This document shows, piece after piece, positions 1 through 10,063 of a DNA stretch of 64,000 nt; the stretch's first letter is position 1; each line of letters opens with the position of its first letter. A program made the position numbers and the translations under genes. Below the pieces are notes generated by a model. That model was not told where the DNA came from. It saw nothing but the letters and a program-made list of their open reading frames with translations, and ran no database searches. Source of the stretch: an uncultured Gemmatimonadales bacterium (GTDB taxonomy: Bacteria; Gemmatimonadota; Gemmatimonadetes; Longimicrobiales; Longimicrobiaceae). The DNA lies in NCBI GenBank assembly GCA_963716255.1, contig OY970303.1, forward strand, positions 4,480,001 to 4,544,000. The letters run 5' to 3'.

Positions 1-671
1 ACCCGGCGGTCATGGCGCGCCTCCCGGCGGCGGCGGTGGAGGGGCTGCGGGACGCGCTGGCGGCGGCGCTGCACCCGGTGTTCGTGGCGGGGCTGCCCTT
101 CGTGGGGCTGGCCTTCCTGGCGACGCTGCTGATCCGCGAGATCCCGCTGCGCCGCACCACCGGGCCGGGCCCCGGCGAGGCGGGGCGCGAGGTGCTGACG
201 GAGCTGTCGCAGGCGGGCGAGGACGACGGCGGGCCGGTGCTGGGCGCGCCCAACCCGGCGTACCGCGGGCGCGCGGGGTTCCTGGGGCTGGTGTACGCCT
301 TCCTGGCGGAGGAGGCGGAGCGGGACGGGCGCGGCACGCTCCGCGAGGTGGTACAGAGGCTGGGCGGGGGCGACTTCGCGGAGGGGCGGGCGAGGCTCGG
401 CCGGGTGGGCGCGGCGCTGATGCGGGAGTGCGGGGATGCGATGGGGGCTCCGGGGCTGGACCCGGTGCTCGAGTTCGAGCGGGCGCTGGCGGACCGGCCC
501 CCGGAGCTGCGGGCGCACCTGCGGCTGCTGGTGGAGAACCCCGGCCACGCCCCCGAGGCCGTGCTCACGCCGGACGACCTGGAGGCGCTGGAGCGGATCG
601 GGGTGGCGGCGAGCGCGGCGCTGCTGCTGGACCTGGCAGCGCGTCGGAGAGGGGAGGGCGGCGCAGGGTGA
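1..671 (+). CDS. C-terminal part of an MDR/DHA2-type MFS transporter with a cytoplasmic C-terminal extension (5' end outside window)
   Basis: Final TM helix 'ALHPVFVAGLPFVGLAFLATLLIREIPLR' typical of DHA2 MFS C-termini; frame open from window start. Confidence 0.65.
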   Translation, partial: PAVMARLPAAAVEGLRDALAAALHPVFVAGLPFVGLAFLATLLIREIPLRRTTGPGPGEAGREVLTELSQAGEDDGGPVLGAPNPAYRGRAGFLGLVYAFLAEEAERDGRGTLREVVQRLGGGDFAEGRARLGRVGAALMRECGDAMGAPGLDPVLEFERALADRPPELRAHLRLLVENPGHAPEAVLTPDDLEALERIGVAASAALLLDLAARRRGEGGAG

Positions 672-674
672 GCC

Positions 675-1754
675 TCAGCGGGCCGGGAGCGTGATCCCGA
701 GCGCGATGCCGCCCTGGCGGGCCGGGGCCACCGTCACCCCGGCCAGCGGCGGGAGGAGCACCCAGCGCTCCGTGCCGATCCCGTATCCCACGAGCCCGCC
801 GGCCACCGCGCCCAGCGGCGCGCCGCCGAGCCCGGCGGCCCACAGGACGGTGCGCCCCACGTCGTCGTGCTCCACCACGAACTCGTCGCGCTGCGCGTTG
901 TGGTAGGCGAGCGCTCCGATCGCCGCGGCGCCCACCACCGCCCCCACGGCCGCGCCCCGCAGGGTGGAGGCGGTGCGGGCGCGGCCGGCGCCGATCTCCA
1001 GCGTCCGCACCTCCGCCAGCGCCACCGCGGTCTCCCCGCGATCCCCCCGCCCGCGCAGGACCAGCGAGTCGCCGCGCACGCCGACGACGTGCCCCACCAC
1101 CGGCCGCGCCGCCGCGGACCCGCGCACCCGCACCAGAGCCCCGTCCGGTACGCCGGCCGGGAGGGTGACGGCCCCGGCCGGCGCCAGCGACGCCAGCGGG
1201 ACGGACACCCACCGCTCGGTGTCCGCCGCGATCAGCGCCCCGCCGACGGCGCCCACGGCGGTGGCACCCGCCCACACGAAGAACGCGGCGATGTCGCGGC
1301 CGGTCAGGCAGTCGCTGACCCTGCACGCCTCCTGGCCGGCGACCATCGCCGCGGCGGCGCCGTACCCGGCGAGCGCCCCGGCCCCGGTGCCGATCAGCGC
1401 CCCCCTGAAGGGGCTGTGCCTCCCCCGGGCCACCTCCAGCCGCGATACACCTGGGATGGGGAGCGAGACCGGCTCGTCCGCGCCCCGCGCCTGGAACACC
1501 AGCGTGTCGGCGCGCACCGCGACCACCCTGCCGATCCGGCGGTGCAGCTCCGCGGCGGTGACGCGCACGCGCTCGCCCGGCTGCACGGACGCGGGCCGCT
1601 GGGCCCGCAGCCCGCCCGCGGCGGAAACCCAGAGCGCGGCCGCCAGGACGAGCGTGCGGATGGGCCGGAGCCCCGGCCTGCGTCGAATCTCCAAGCTGCC
1701 CTTCACGGTTCGGGAAACAGGACGAACGGCACCTCCACGGCGGTCCCCCGGCAT
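675..1754 (-). CDS. Hypothetical exported/membrane protein with two tandem copies of a beta-domain + glycine-zipper module
   Basis: ATG overlaps the upstream stop (TGATG at 1752-1756); repeated units 'GERVRV...GRVVAVRADTLV...LEVARGR...GALIG...TERWV' and 'GALVRV...GHVVGVRGDSLV...LEIGAGR...GAAVG...TERWV'. Confidence 0.6.
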   Translation of the reverse strand: MPGDRRGGAVRPVSRTVKGSLEIRRRPGLRPIRTLVLAAALWVSAAGGLRAQRPASVQPGERVRVTAAELHRRIGRVVAVRADTLVFQARGADEPVSLPIPGVSRLEVARGRHSPFRGALIGTGAGALAGYGAAAAMVAGQEACRVSDCLTGRDIAAFFVWAGATAVGAVGGALIAADTERWVSVPLASLAPAGAVTLPAGVPDGALVRVRGSAAARPVVGHVVGVRGDSLVLRGRGDRGETAVALAEVRTLEIGAGRARTASTLRGAAVGAVVGAAAIGALAYHNAQRDEFVVEHDDVGRTVLWAAGLGGAPLGAVAGGLVGYGIGTERWVLLPPLAGVTVAPARQGGIALGITLPAR

Positions 1755-2938
1755 CACACCTTGATGAAGACCCGCCTGCGGTACATCACCCACGCCACCC
1801 CCACCCAGAACAGCACGAAGCACAGGGCGAAGGCGAGCGACGCGTCGAGCGGCGCCAGCCAGGAGGCGAACGCGTGCTCGTGGATCCACCCCTTGAGGGT
1901 GACGTCGCCCGCCGGGCCGGCCCACTTCACCAGCCCCAGGACGCGCGCCATGATCCCCGACAGGAAGAACACCGCGATGGCGTTCACCCCCAGCAGGACG
2001 AAGGGAAAGGCCCAGCGGCGGCGCCCCTTCACGTCCACCAGCCAGTAGCAGCCCGCGAGCGCGAGCAGCGCCGCCCCCGCGGTGAACACCACGTACGAGC
2101 TGGTCCACAGGTTCTTGTTGATGGGGAAGACGCGGTCCCAGGCGAGCCCCAGCAGGGTCGCCGCGGCGCCCGCGGCGAGCAGCCCCGCCGTTTTCCGGCC
2201 GGGGGACCGGGCGGACCGCAGCCACCGCCCGGCGAACACGCCAAGGAGCACCGTCGCCACCGCGGGGAGGGTGCTCAGCAGCCCCTCCGGGTCCCAGGTC
2301 TTCGACGACTTCCACAGGTGCGCCGTTCCCAGCACCGCGCGGTCCACGTACGCCGCCAGGTTGGAGTCCGGCTCCAGGCTCCCCGCGCCGGAGCCCGGCA
2401 CCGGCACCAGCTTCATCGCCGCCCAGTAGCCCAGCAGGAGCAGCACAGTGGCGGCCGCCTGCGCGCGCGGCCCGGTGAGCAGCACCGTCGCCGAGGCCAG
2501 CAGGAACGCGGTCCCGATGCGCTGCAGCACCCCGGGAATGCGCAGCGTCGCCGGGTCCAGGCCGTAGAAGGGGAACGCCGCCAGCGTCAGCCCCAGCAGG
2601 AACAGGATGGCCGAGCGCTTCGCCACCTTCCCCATCATCGCACCGCGGGTCGCGCCCTGATCCTCCTGCGCCGCAAAGGAAAAGGCCATCGCCACGCCCA
2701 CGATGAACAGGAAGAAGGGGAAGATCAGGTCCGTGGGCGTCCACCCGTGCCACTTCGCGTGCTCCAGCGGCGCGTACACGTGCGACCAGCTCCCCGGGTT
2801 GTTGACCAGCAGCATCCCGGCGATGGTGACGCCGCGGAACACGTCCAGCGACAGGAGCCGCCCGGGGGGCGCGGCGGGCGGCTCGGCCTCCGCCGGGCGG
2901 GGGGCCGGGGAGGGGGCCAGCGTGGAGGAGCGCGTCAT
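1754..2938 (-). CDS. Heparan-alpha-glucosaminide N-acetyltransferase-like (NagX/DUF5009) membrane acyltransferase
   Basis: Motifs RLLSLDVFRG, NNPG, HAKWHGWTPTDLIFPFFLFIVG, GVLQRI, DPEGLLSTLPA, PINKNLWTSSY. Confidence 0.9.
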   Translation of the reverse strand: MTRSSTLAPSPAPRPAEAEPPAAPPGRLLSLDVFRGVTIAGMLLVNNPGSWSHVYAPLEHAKWHGWTPTDLIFPFFLFIVGVAMAFSFAAQEDQGATRGAMMGKVAKRSAILFLLGLTLAAFPFYGLDPATLRIPGVLQRIGTAFLLASATVLLTGPRAQAAATVLLLLGYWAAMKLVPVPGSGAGSLEPDSNLAAYVDRAVLGTAHLWKSSKTWDPEGLLSTLPAVATVLLGVFAGRWLRSARSPGRKTAGLLAAGAAATLLGLAWDRVFPINKNLWTSSYVVFTAGAALLALAGCYWLVDVKGRRRWAFPFVLLGVNAIAVFFLSGIMARVLGLVKWAGPAGDVTLKGWIHEHAFASWLAPLDASLAFALCFVLFWVGVAWVMYRRRVFIKV

Positions 2939-3141
2939 GGAATCCCTCGCGGGTGGGCGACGATGCACCAAGTTGGGGGTGCGCGGGCGGATGCGCAAAG
3001 GCGGCCTCCCGTCTCCTCCCGCCCCGTGGCGGCGATGAGGCTTGCCCGCCCCCCCTGCCGGCGCGCATCTTGTCTGCCGCAGGCCGCCGTTCCTTCCGAA
3101 GCACCCTCCCCAACGCACACACCGCCCCGGGATCCCGACCG

Positions 3142-4341
3142 ATGCAACCCGTACGCACGTCCATCGCGCTGGCTCCGCTCGCGCTCCTCCTGTGCGCCGC
3201 CGCCGCCCACGCGCAGACCCCCATCCGCGTGGGCCAGACCGTCGAAGGCCGGCTCACCGCCGAGAGCAAGAAGGCCCCGGAGGACCAGTCCTTCTACGAC
3301 CTGTACACCTTCACCGGCCGGGCCGGCGAGCGCGTCCGCTTCACCATGCGCTCCAAGGACTTCGACGCCTACCTCAACGTGGGGCGCAGCGACAAGAGCG
3401 GCGGCTTCGAGAGCCTGGACACCGACGACGACGGGGGCGGCGGCACCGACGCCCGGGTGGAGCTGACGCTCCCCGCCGACGGCGCCTACGCCATCCGCGC
3501 CAACACCCTGAACGCCGGCCCCACCGGCGCCTACACGCTCCAGGTGGAGCAGGGGGTCGCCCCGGCCCCGGCCGTGCTCCGGCCCATCGCCGTGGGTCAG
3601 ACGGTCACCGGCGACCTGGGGGGGAGCGACCCCAAGCTGGACGACAACTCCTACTACGACCTGTACACCTTCCAGGCGCGCGCCGGCGACGGCGTCACCG
3701 CCACCCTGCGCTCCTCCGCCTTCGACGCCTTCCTGGTGCTGGGCCGCATGCGGGGCGACGACTTCGAGGAGATCGAATCCGACGACGACAACGGCGGCGG
3801 GAGCGACGCGCGCGTCTCCGCCACCCTGCCCGAGGCCGGCACCTACACGCTGCGGGCGAACAGCCTGTACGGCGACAAGACCGGCGCCTACACCCTGCAG
3901 CTGGCCTCCGGCGTGGTGGAGAGCTCGGACGACGACGACGACGAGCACGGCGGCCACGACGACCACGGCACCGACGCCCGGCCGCTGCACCCGCAGGCGC
4001 GCGCCATCCGCGCCGGGCAGACGGTGCGCGACTCGCTGCGGGCCACCGACCCCGAGGACAGCGACGGCACCTACTACCAGGACTGGCTCTACACCGGGCG
4101 GGCCGGCGAGCGCATCGTGATCACCATGCGGTCCGCGGCGTTCGACTCGTACCTCCAGTTCGGCAAGGCCGGCGCGGGCACCTTCACCTACGTGGACGCC
4201 CAGGACGACCGCGGCGGCGGCAACGACTCGCTGATGGCCGTGGCGCTCCCCGAGGACGGCCAGTATGTGCTGCGGGTCAACACCATCTCCAAGGCCACCG
4301 GGCCTTATACGCTGAGGGTGGAGCGGCTGCGGGGCAGGTAG
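3142..4341 (+). CDS. Secreted protein with three pre-peptidase C-terminal (PPC)-like domains
   Basis: Signal peptide (AAAHA-Q); three repeats of 'YDLYTFxGRAGE...MRSxDFDAYL...DDDxGGGxDAR...LPxDGxYxIRAN...GAYTL'. Confidence 0.85.
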   Translation: MQPVRTSIALAPLALLLCAAAAHAQTPIRVGQTVEGRLTAESKKAPEDQSFYDLYTFTGRAGERVRFTMRSKDFDAYLNVGRSDKSGGFESLDTDDDGGGGTDARVELTLPADGAYAIRANTLNAGPTGAYTLQVEQGVAPAPAVLRPIAVGQTVTGDLGGSDPKLDDNSYYDLYTFQARAGDGVTATLRSSAFDAFLVLGRMRGDDFEEIESDDDNGGGSDARVSATLPEAGTYTLRANSLYGDKTGAYTLQLASGVVESSDDDDDEHGGHDDHGTDARPLHPQARAIRAGQTVRDSLRATDPEDSDGTYYQDWLYTGRAGERIVITMRSAAFDSYLQFGKAGAGTFTYVDAQDDRGGGNDSLMAVALPEDGQYVLRVNTISKATGPYTLRVERLRGR

Positions 4342-4360
4342 CGTTTTCGCTGGACGTCGG

Positions 4361-4397
4361 AAGGCCCCATCGCTTGCGTCTGCGGTGGGGTCTTTTT
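4361..4397 (+). terminator. Rho-independent terminator
   Basis: AGGCCCCATCGC...GCGGTGGGGTCT hairpin plus T-tract after the PPC gene. Confidence 0.7.
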
Positions 4398-4435
4398 CGT
4401 TTGGCAGGCTGTTACGGCTTTGGAACGACGGCTTT

Positions 4436-4536
4436 GGGCGTGCCCCCGGCTGGCGCCGGGGTCGGGCTACGCGCGGAGTAACGCACGATACGACCGTGCG
4501 TAACTCCGGCGAGCCCCGACGATACTGCCGTCGGGT
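4436..4536 (+). repeat. Family A hairpin repeat, divergent variant
   Basis: Shares 5' GGGCGTGCCCCCGGCTGGCGCCGGGGTCGGGCT with the other A copies; stems differ but stay paired, loops ATACGAC/ATACTGC. Confidence 0.75.
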
Positions 4537-4544
4537 CTGAGCAG

Positions 4545-4828
4545 CCGGGATGATGCTTGACACTTTGGACCGGGAGGATGCTTGACACTCCCTCCCGTTC
4601 CTACCAAGGACTTACGCTGTTTCTGACCAGAGAGCAGTGAGGGATCCCCTCAGTGCTACCCTCTCCTACGGCAGGGGGCAACACCGAGCAGCAGTGAGGG
4701 TTACCCTACCTAAGCATTCAGCAAAGCGCTTGGGATTCGATCCATTGCCTAGTCGCTGCGCCGAAGTCTCTCTCATCAGGGAGTGTCAAGCATCCTCCCG
4801 GTCTATTCTGTCAACCATCAACCCGGTC
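4545..4828. mobile_element. MITE-like element bounded by a perfect 26-bp inverted repeat plus outer degenerate copies
   Basis: GACCGGGAGGATGCTTGACACTCCCT (4568-4593) is the exact reverse complement of 4778-4803; degenerate copies at ~4545-4564 and ~4809-4828; interior is less GC-rich. Confidence 0.5.
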
Positions 4829-4999
4829 CATACCGTCTCGCCCCTGCGGGCGCGTATCCCTCACGCGATCGGTGTGCGGCGGCGGCGGGCGGGCGGTGCA
4901 TGTGGGGTGCGATACTTGCACGTCTGGCCGGCCTTTTCGGCGGCTCCGCTCGTCCCGGCACACCCGTCCGGCACACCGCTTTCCGGCTCCGGAGGACCC

Positions 5000-6850
5000 A
5001 TGCCCAGGCAACGTGCCCCGCGTCGCGCTCCCTCCGGCTCGCCCGGCACCGCCCCGGCCGCGCCGGCGCCGTCCTCGCGGGAGGGGATGGGTGCCGTCCT
5101 GTATCCCGGCGGCGTCGCCTTCCGGGTGTGGGCGCCCCACGCGGCGGACGTCTCGGTGGCGGGGAGCTTCAGCGGGTGGAAGGCGGTCCCGCTCGCGCGC
5201 GAGGAGGGCGGCCTCTGGTCCGCCGACGTGGCGGGGGCCAAGGCCGGCGACGAGTACCGGTTCGTGGTCCGCACCCCCGGCGGCGAGACGCTGTGGAGGA
5301 CCGACCCGTACGCCCGCGACGTGACCAGCTCGGTGGGGAACGCCTTGGTCGTGGACCCCGCCTTCGACTGGGGCGACCCCTCGGGGTACCGCACCCCGCC
5401 CTGGAGCGAGCTGGTCGTCTACGAGCTGCACGTCGGCACCTTCAACGACGCCCCGGGCGGCGCGCCGGGGAGCTTCGACAGCGTGGTCGCCAAGCTGGAC
5501 TACCTGCGCGACCTGGGGATCAACGCCATCGAGCTGATGCCCACCGCCGAGTTCGCCAGCGACTGGTCGTGGGGCTACAACCCCGCGTACATCTTCGCCG
5601 TGGAGTCGGCGTTCGGGGGGCCGGCGGAGATGAAGCGCCTGGTCAGGGAGGCGCACGCCCGGGGGATCGCCGTGATCCTGGACGTGGTCTACAACCACCT
5701 GGGCCCCAGCGACCTGGACCTGTGGGGGTTCGACGGGTGGAGCCTGGACGGCAAGGGGGGGATCTACTTCTACCAGGACTGGCGCTCCAGGACCCCCTGG
5801 GGCGACACCCGGCCGGACTACGGCCGCGAGGAGGTGCGGCGCTACCTGCGCGACAACGCGCGCATGTGGCTGGAGGAGTTCCGCATGGACGGGCTGCGCT
5901 GGGACGCCACCGCGTACATCCGCAGCGCCAATGGCGACGGCGACCCCGCGGGCGACATCCCCGACGGGTGGGCGCTGATGCAGGCCGTCACCCGCGAGAC
6001 CGACGAGCGCCAGCCGTGGAAGCTGCACGTCGCCGAGGACCTGCGCGGCAACGAGTGGATCACCCGCGAGGCCGCCGGGGGCGGGGCGGGCTTCGACACG
6101 CAGTGGGACGGCGACTTCGTGCACCCCGTGCGGCGGGCGCTCGTCGCGCGCCGGGACCACGAGCGGAGCATGGACGAGCTCCGCGCCGCCGTCGAGCACC
6201 GTTTCGGCGGCGACCCGCTGCGGCGCGTCGTCTACACCGAGAGCCACGACGAGGTGGCCAACGGCAGGGCGCGCGTCCCGCAGGAGATCTCCCCCGGCGA
6301 CCCCGGCGGGTGGCTCGCGCGAAAGCTTTCCACGCTGGGGGCGGCGCTGGTGTTCACCTCGCCGGGGATCCCCATGGTCTTCCAGGGGCAGGAGATCCTG
6401 GAGGACGAGTGGTTCCGCGACCAGGACCCGGTGGACTGGAGCAAGCTGGCGAAGCACGCCGGCATCCACCGGCTGTACACCGACCTCGCCCGGCTGCGCC
6501 GCAACGGGGGGGACCACACCCGCGGGCTGCGCGGCCCGCACGTGCGCGTGCACCACGCCAACGACGCCGACAAGCTCCTCGCCTTTCACCGCTGGGAGGC
6601 CGGCGGCCCGCGCGACGACGTGCTGGTGGTCGCCAACTTCGCCGACCGCGCGTACGACGCCTACGCCCTGGGCTTCCCGCGCGGGGGCGAGTGGAAGGTG
6701 CGCCTCAACTCCGACTGGGAGGGCTACGGCTTCGGGGGGCACCCCGCCTGGAGCGTGCACGCCGGCGGGCCGCCGCGCGACGGCATGCCGTGCAGCGGCT
6801 GCCTGAGCATCGGCCCGTACACGGCCGTGGTCCTGTCGCAGGACGGGTGA
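5000..6850 (+). CDS. GH13 alpha-amylase-family glycoside hydrolase (GlgB/TreZ-like, CBM48)
   Basis: FRVWAPHA, YELHVGTF, WGYNP, ILDVVYNH, DGLRWDAT, VAED, ESHDEV catalytic motifs; GGAGGA RBS. Confidence 0.9.
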   Translation: MPRQRAPRRAPSGSPGTAPAAPAPSSREGMGAVLYPGGVAFRVWAPHAADVSVAGSFSGWKAVPLAREEGGLWSADVAGAKAGDEYRFVVRTPGGETLWRTDPYARDVTSSVGNALVVDPAFDWGDPSGYRTPPWSELVVYELHVGTFNDAPGGAPGSFDSVVAKLDYLRDLGINAIELMPTAEFASDWSWGYNPAYIFAVESAFGGPAEMKRLVREAHARGIAVILDVVYNHLGPSDLDLWGFDGWSLDGKGGIYFYQDWRSRTPWGDTRPDYGREEVRRYLRDNARMWLEEFRMDGLRWDATAYIRSANGDGDPAGDIPDGWALMQAVTRETDERQPWKLHVAEDLRGNEWITREAAGGGAGFDTQWDGDFVHPVRRALVARRDHERSMDELRAAVEHRFGGDPLRRVVYTESHDEVANGRARVPQEISPGDPGGWLARKLSTLGAALVFTSPGIPMVFQGQEILEDEWFRDQDPVDWSKLAKHAGIHRLYTDLARLRRNGGDHTRGLRGPHVRVHHANDADKLLAFHRWEAGGPRDDVLVVANFADRAYDAYALGFPRGGEWKVRLNSDWEGYGFGGHPAWSVHAGGPPRDGMPCSGCLSIGPYTAVVLSQDG

Positions 6851-6911
6851 GGGCACGGCGGCATCCCGCTTGCGCCGCGTCCGCTCCCCACCCCAACCAG
6901 GAGACGACGAC

Positions 6912-7175
6912 ATGGCCGGCTGCCCCGAGATCCGGATCGAAGGCGTGACGCGCGACGTGTGGAGCTGCCTGTGGCGCCGCGCGCGGGAGCTGAGCCTGGG
7001 CGCGCAGGAGACCCCGTCGGGGATGCTGGAGCACCGGGACGCGGCGGCGGCGTGGAGCTGGGACGAGGACACCGGGGTCCTGGTGATCGCCGTGAGCCGC
7101 ACGCCCTCCAGCACCGACTGCCGGTGGGTGGAGCAGCGCCTGCGAGAGACCGCGCGGGCGTGCGGCGCCGCCTGA
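6912..7175 (+). CDS. Small hypothetical protein (87 aa)
   Basis: AGGAGA RBS; GC3-biased codons. Confidence 0.6.
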   Translation: MAGCPEIRIEGVTRDVWSCLWRRARELSLGAQETPSGMLEHRDAAAAWSWDEDTGVLVIAVSRTPSSTDCRWVEQRLRETARACGAA

Positions 7176-7317
7176 GCGGCGCGCCCGCGCCCGGGGAACA
7201 GGGACCCGGACGCGGGCGTACGCAGGGCCGTACGTTTGCGGCCGGCGGACCGCATCCGCATACTGTCGCGGTCCACCCGCTCCGTTCCGCCGGCACGCCG
7301 ACCACCCACGGGAACTC

Positions 7318-9192
7318 ATGAAGGCGAACCGAACCACCCCTCCGCTCGCGCTGCTCGCGGCGGCCGCGCTCGCCGCGTGCGCCCCCGCCCCGCAGGCGGC
7401 CGCCCCCGCGCCCTCGGGCGCCGCGCCCGCCGCCGCGGCGGCCCCGTCGCCGCGGGAAGAGGCGCAGCGCTACCTGGACGAGTACGTCGCCACCTACCAG
7501 CCGCTGTACTACACCGCCAACCAGGCCGACTGGGCGTCCAACACGCACATCGTGGAGGGCGACACCACCAACGCGGCCCGGACCCGCCGCGCGCAGGAGG
7601 CCGCGTCCGCGTTCACCGGGAGCGTCGCCAACATCGAGCGCACCCGCGCGCTCCTCCGGCAGCGCGACCAGCTGGACCCGCTGCAGGTGCTGCAGCTGGA
7701 GCGCATCCTGTACAACGCCGCCTCCGCCCCGCAGACGGTCCCCGAGCTGGTGAAGGCCCGCATCGCCGCCGAGACCCGGCAGATCGAGACGCTGTACGGC
7801 TACCAGTTCACCCTGAACGGCAGGCCCGTCACCCCCAACCAGCTGGACGAGACGATCCGCTCCGGCACCGACCTGCGCCAGCGGCGCGCCGCCTGGGAAG
7901 CGTCCAAGGCCGTGGGTCCCGCGCTCAAGCCCGGCATCACGCAGCTGCGCGACCTCCGCAACGGCGTGGTGCAGGCGCTCGGCTACCCGGACTACTTCAC
8001 CTTCCAGGTCTCCGACTACGGCATGACCACGCCGGAGATGCTGGCGCTGAACGACCGGATGGTGGGCCAGCTGTGGCCGCTGTACCGCGAGCTGCACACC
8101 TGGGCGCGCTACGAGCTTGCCCGGCGCTACGGCGCCCCGGTGCCCGACATGATCCCCGCCCACTGGCTCCCCAACCGCTGGGCGCAGGACTGGAGCGCGC
8201 TGGTGGAGGTGAAGGGGCTCAACGTGGACTCCGCGCTGGCGCGGAAGGGGCCCGAGTGGGTGGTCAGGGAGGCCGAGAACTTCTACGTGAGCCTGGGCTT
8301 CCAGCGGCTCCCGCAGAGCTTCTGGGACCGGTCGTCGCTGTACCCCGTGGCCGCGGACGCAGCCTACAAGAAGAACACGCACGCCTCCGCCTGGCACCTG
8401 GACCTGGACGCCGACGTGCGCTCGCTGATGAGCGTGGAGCCCAACGCCTACTGGTACGAGACCGCCCACCACGAGCTGGGACACGTCTTCTACTACCAGG
8501 CCTACTCGCGTCCCGAGGTGCCGCTGCTGCTGCGCGAGGGCGCCAACCGCGCCTACCACGAGGGGATCGGGAGCATGATCGGGTTCGCGGCCTCGCAGCG
8601 CCGCTTCCTGATGGGGCGCGGGCTGGTGCCGGCCGGCGCCCGGATGGACGAGCGGGCCAAGCTGCTCAACGAGGCGCTGGCGTACGTGCCGTTCATCCCC
8701 TTCTCCGCCGGCGTCATGACCCGCTGGGAGCACTCGCTGTACGCCGACTCGCTGTCGCCGGACCGCTTCAACCGCCGCTGGTGGGAGCTGGTGGCGCGCT
8801 ACCAGGGCGTGGCCCCGCCGGCCGAGCGGGGGGAGCAGTGGGCGGACGCGCTCACCAAGACGCACATCAACGACGACGCGGCGCAGTACTACGACTACGC
8901 GCTGTCGTACGCGCTGCTCTTCCAGCTGCACAGCCACATCGCAAAGAACATCCTGCACCAGGACCCGCACGACACCGACTACTACGGGAACCGGGAGGTG
9001 GGCACCTTCCTCCGCGACCTGATGGCGCCGGGAGCGAGCCGGGACTGGCGCGAGGTGCTGAAGGAGACCACCGGGCAGGAGCTGGACGCGCAGGCCATGG
9101 TGGAGTACTTCGCGCCGCTGCAGCAGTGGCTGGTGGAGCAGAACCGGGGACGCCGGTACACGCTGCCGGCGATTCCGCCGACGGGTGGCTGA
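7318..9192 (+). CDS. M2 family metallopeptidase (peptidyl-dipeptidase A/ACE-like), lipoprotein
   Basis: HHELGH zinc motif, REGANRAYHEGIG, IPAHWLPNRWAQDW; lipobox LAAC. Confidence 0.92.
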   Translation: MKANRTTPPLALLAAAALAACAPAPQAAAPAPSGAAPAAAAAPSPREEAQRYLDEYVATYQPLYYTANQADWASNTHIVEGDTTNAARTRRAQEAASAFTGSVANIERTRALLRQRDQLDPLQVLQLERILYNAASAPQTVPELVKARIAAETRQIETLYGYQFTLNGRPVTPNQLDETIRSGTDLRQRRAAWEASKAVGPALKPGITQLRDLRNGVVQALGYPDYFTFQVSDYGMTTPEMLALNDRMVGQLWPLYRELHTWARYELARRYGAPVPDMIPAHWLPNRWAQDWSALVEVKGLNVDSALARKGPEWVVREAENFYVSLGFQRLPQSFWDRSSLYPVAADAAYKKNTHASAWHLDLDADVRSLMSVEPNAYWYETAHHELGHVFYYQAYSRPEVPLLLREGANRAYHEGIGSMIGFAASQRRFLMGRGLVPAGARMDERAKLLNEALAYVPFIPFSAGVMTRWEHSLYADSLSPDRFNRRWWELVARYQGVAPPAERGEQWADALTKTHINDDAAQYYDYALSYALLFQLHSHIAKNILHQDPHDTDYYGNREVGTFLRDLMAPGASRDWREVLKETTGQELDAQAMVEYFAPLQQWLVEQNRGRRYTLPAIPPTGG

Positions 9193-9210
9193 GGTCGTCG
9201 TCTAGGTTTG

Positions 9211-9343
9211 GGGCCGCTCCGGAGCCGGACGATACTGCCGTCCGTCTCCTGCGCGGGTCGCGGAGACCCGGGAAACCGCCCCCGGGTCTCCGCTCCGGCT
9301 CCGGGAGCCCCGCCAAACTGCCGGCGGGTCTCCCTCCGCAGAA
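9211..9343 (+). repeat. Family B triple-hairpin repeat
   Basis: GGGCCGCTCCGGAG start; three GGAG..stem-A(A/T)ACNGC-stem..CTCC hairpins; homologous to 13262, 21558, 24295, 39344. Confidence 0.85.
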
Positions 9344-9542
9344 AGGTTGGGGGAACACAACGCGGCCGGGATTCCTTCGCGGGAGTCCCGGCCGCCTGCT
9401 TCACCCGCGGCTTGTACGGCGCATGAACCTTGTCCACGGACCTTTGCACGCCTAGACTCGTTTTGCGCACGCAGCATTCCTCCGCGCGGCACGCCTTCCT
9501 CCCGCTCCTTCCCGTCCACACGCTTCCCGCAAGGGGGTGCCC

Positions 9543-10007
9543 ATGGCACGCTTCGCCAACGACTTCAGGACCTTCATCTCGCAGGGCAACGTGGTCGACC
9601 TGGCGGTCGGCATCGTCATCGGGGCGGCGTTCACCACGGTGGTGAAGTCGTTCGTGGACAACATCCTCATGCCTCCCATCGGAATGCTGTCGGGCGGGGT
9701 GGACTTCGCCGACCTGTACGTGAACCTGTCCGGCGGGAGCTACGCGTCGCTGGAGGAGGCGAAGGCGGCCGGCGCGGCGACCGTCAACTACGGCCTGTTC
9801 ATCAACAACGTCATCGCATTCCTGATCGTCGCGCTCGCCGTGTTCCTCATCGTGCAGGCGTACAACCGCATGAAGGTGAACACCGACGCCGGCCCGGCGG
9901 AGCCCACCGACAAGGAATGCCCCTTCTGCCGCTTCAAGATCCCCGTGGCCGCGAGCCGCTGCGCCCACTGCACCTCCGAGCTGTCCCCCGCCGCCGCACA
10001 GATCTGA
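9543..10007 (+). CDS. mscL: Large-conductance mechanosensitive channel with C-terminal Cys4 zinc-ribbon
   Basis: FISQGNVVDLAVGIVIGAAF, NYGLFINNVIAFLIVA; tail CPFC...CAHC. Confidence 0.95.
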   Translation: MARFANDFRTFISQGNVVDLAVGIVIGAAFTTVVKSFVDNILMPPIGMLSGGVDFADLYVNLSGGSYASLEEAKAAGAATVNYGLFINNVIAFLIVALAVFLIVQAYNRMKVNTDAGPAEPTDKECPFCRFKIPVAASRCAHCTSELSPAAAQI

Positions 10008-10028
10008 CCCGTCCGCCGGCCACGCAAG

Positions 10029-10063
10029 AGGCGCCCCCGCCGGGATGCGGCGGGGGCGCCTTT
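10029..10063 (+). terminator. Rho-independent terminator
   Basis: AGGCGCCCCCGCCG...CGGCGGGGGCGCCTTT hairpin after mscL. Confidence 0.7.

Noticed and set aside
3925..3970. GAC-rich microsatellite
   Set aside because: Encodes an Asp/His linker between PPC domains.
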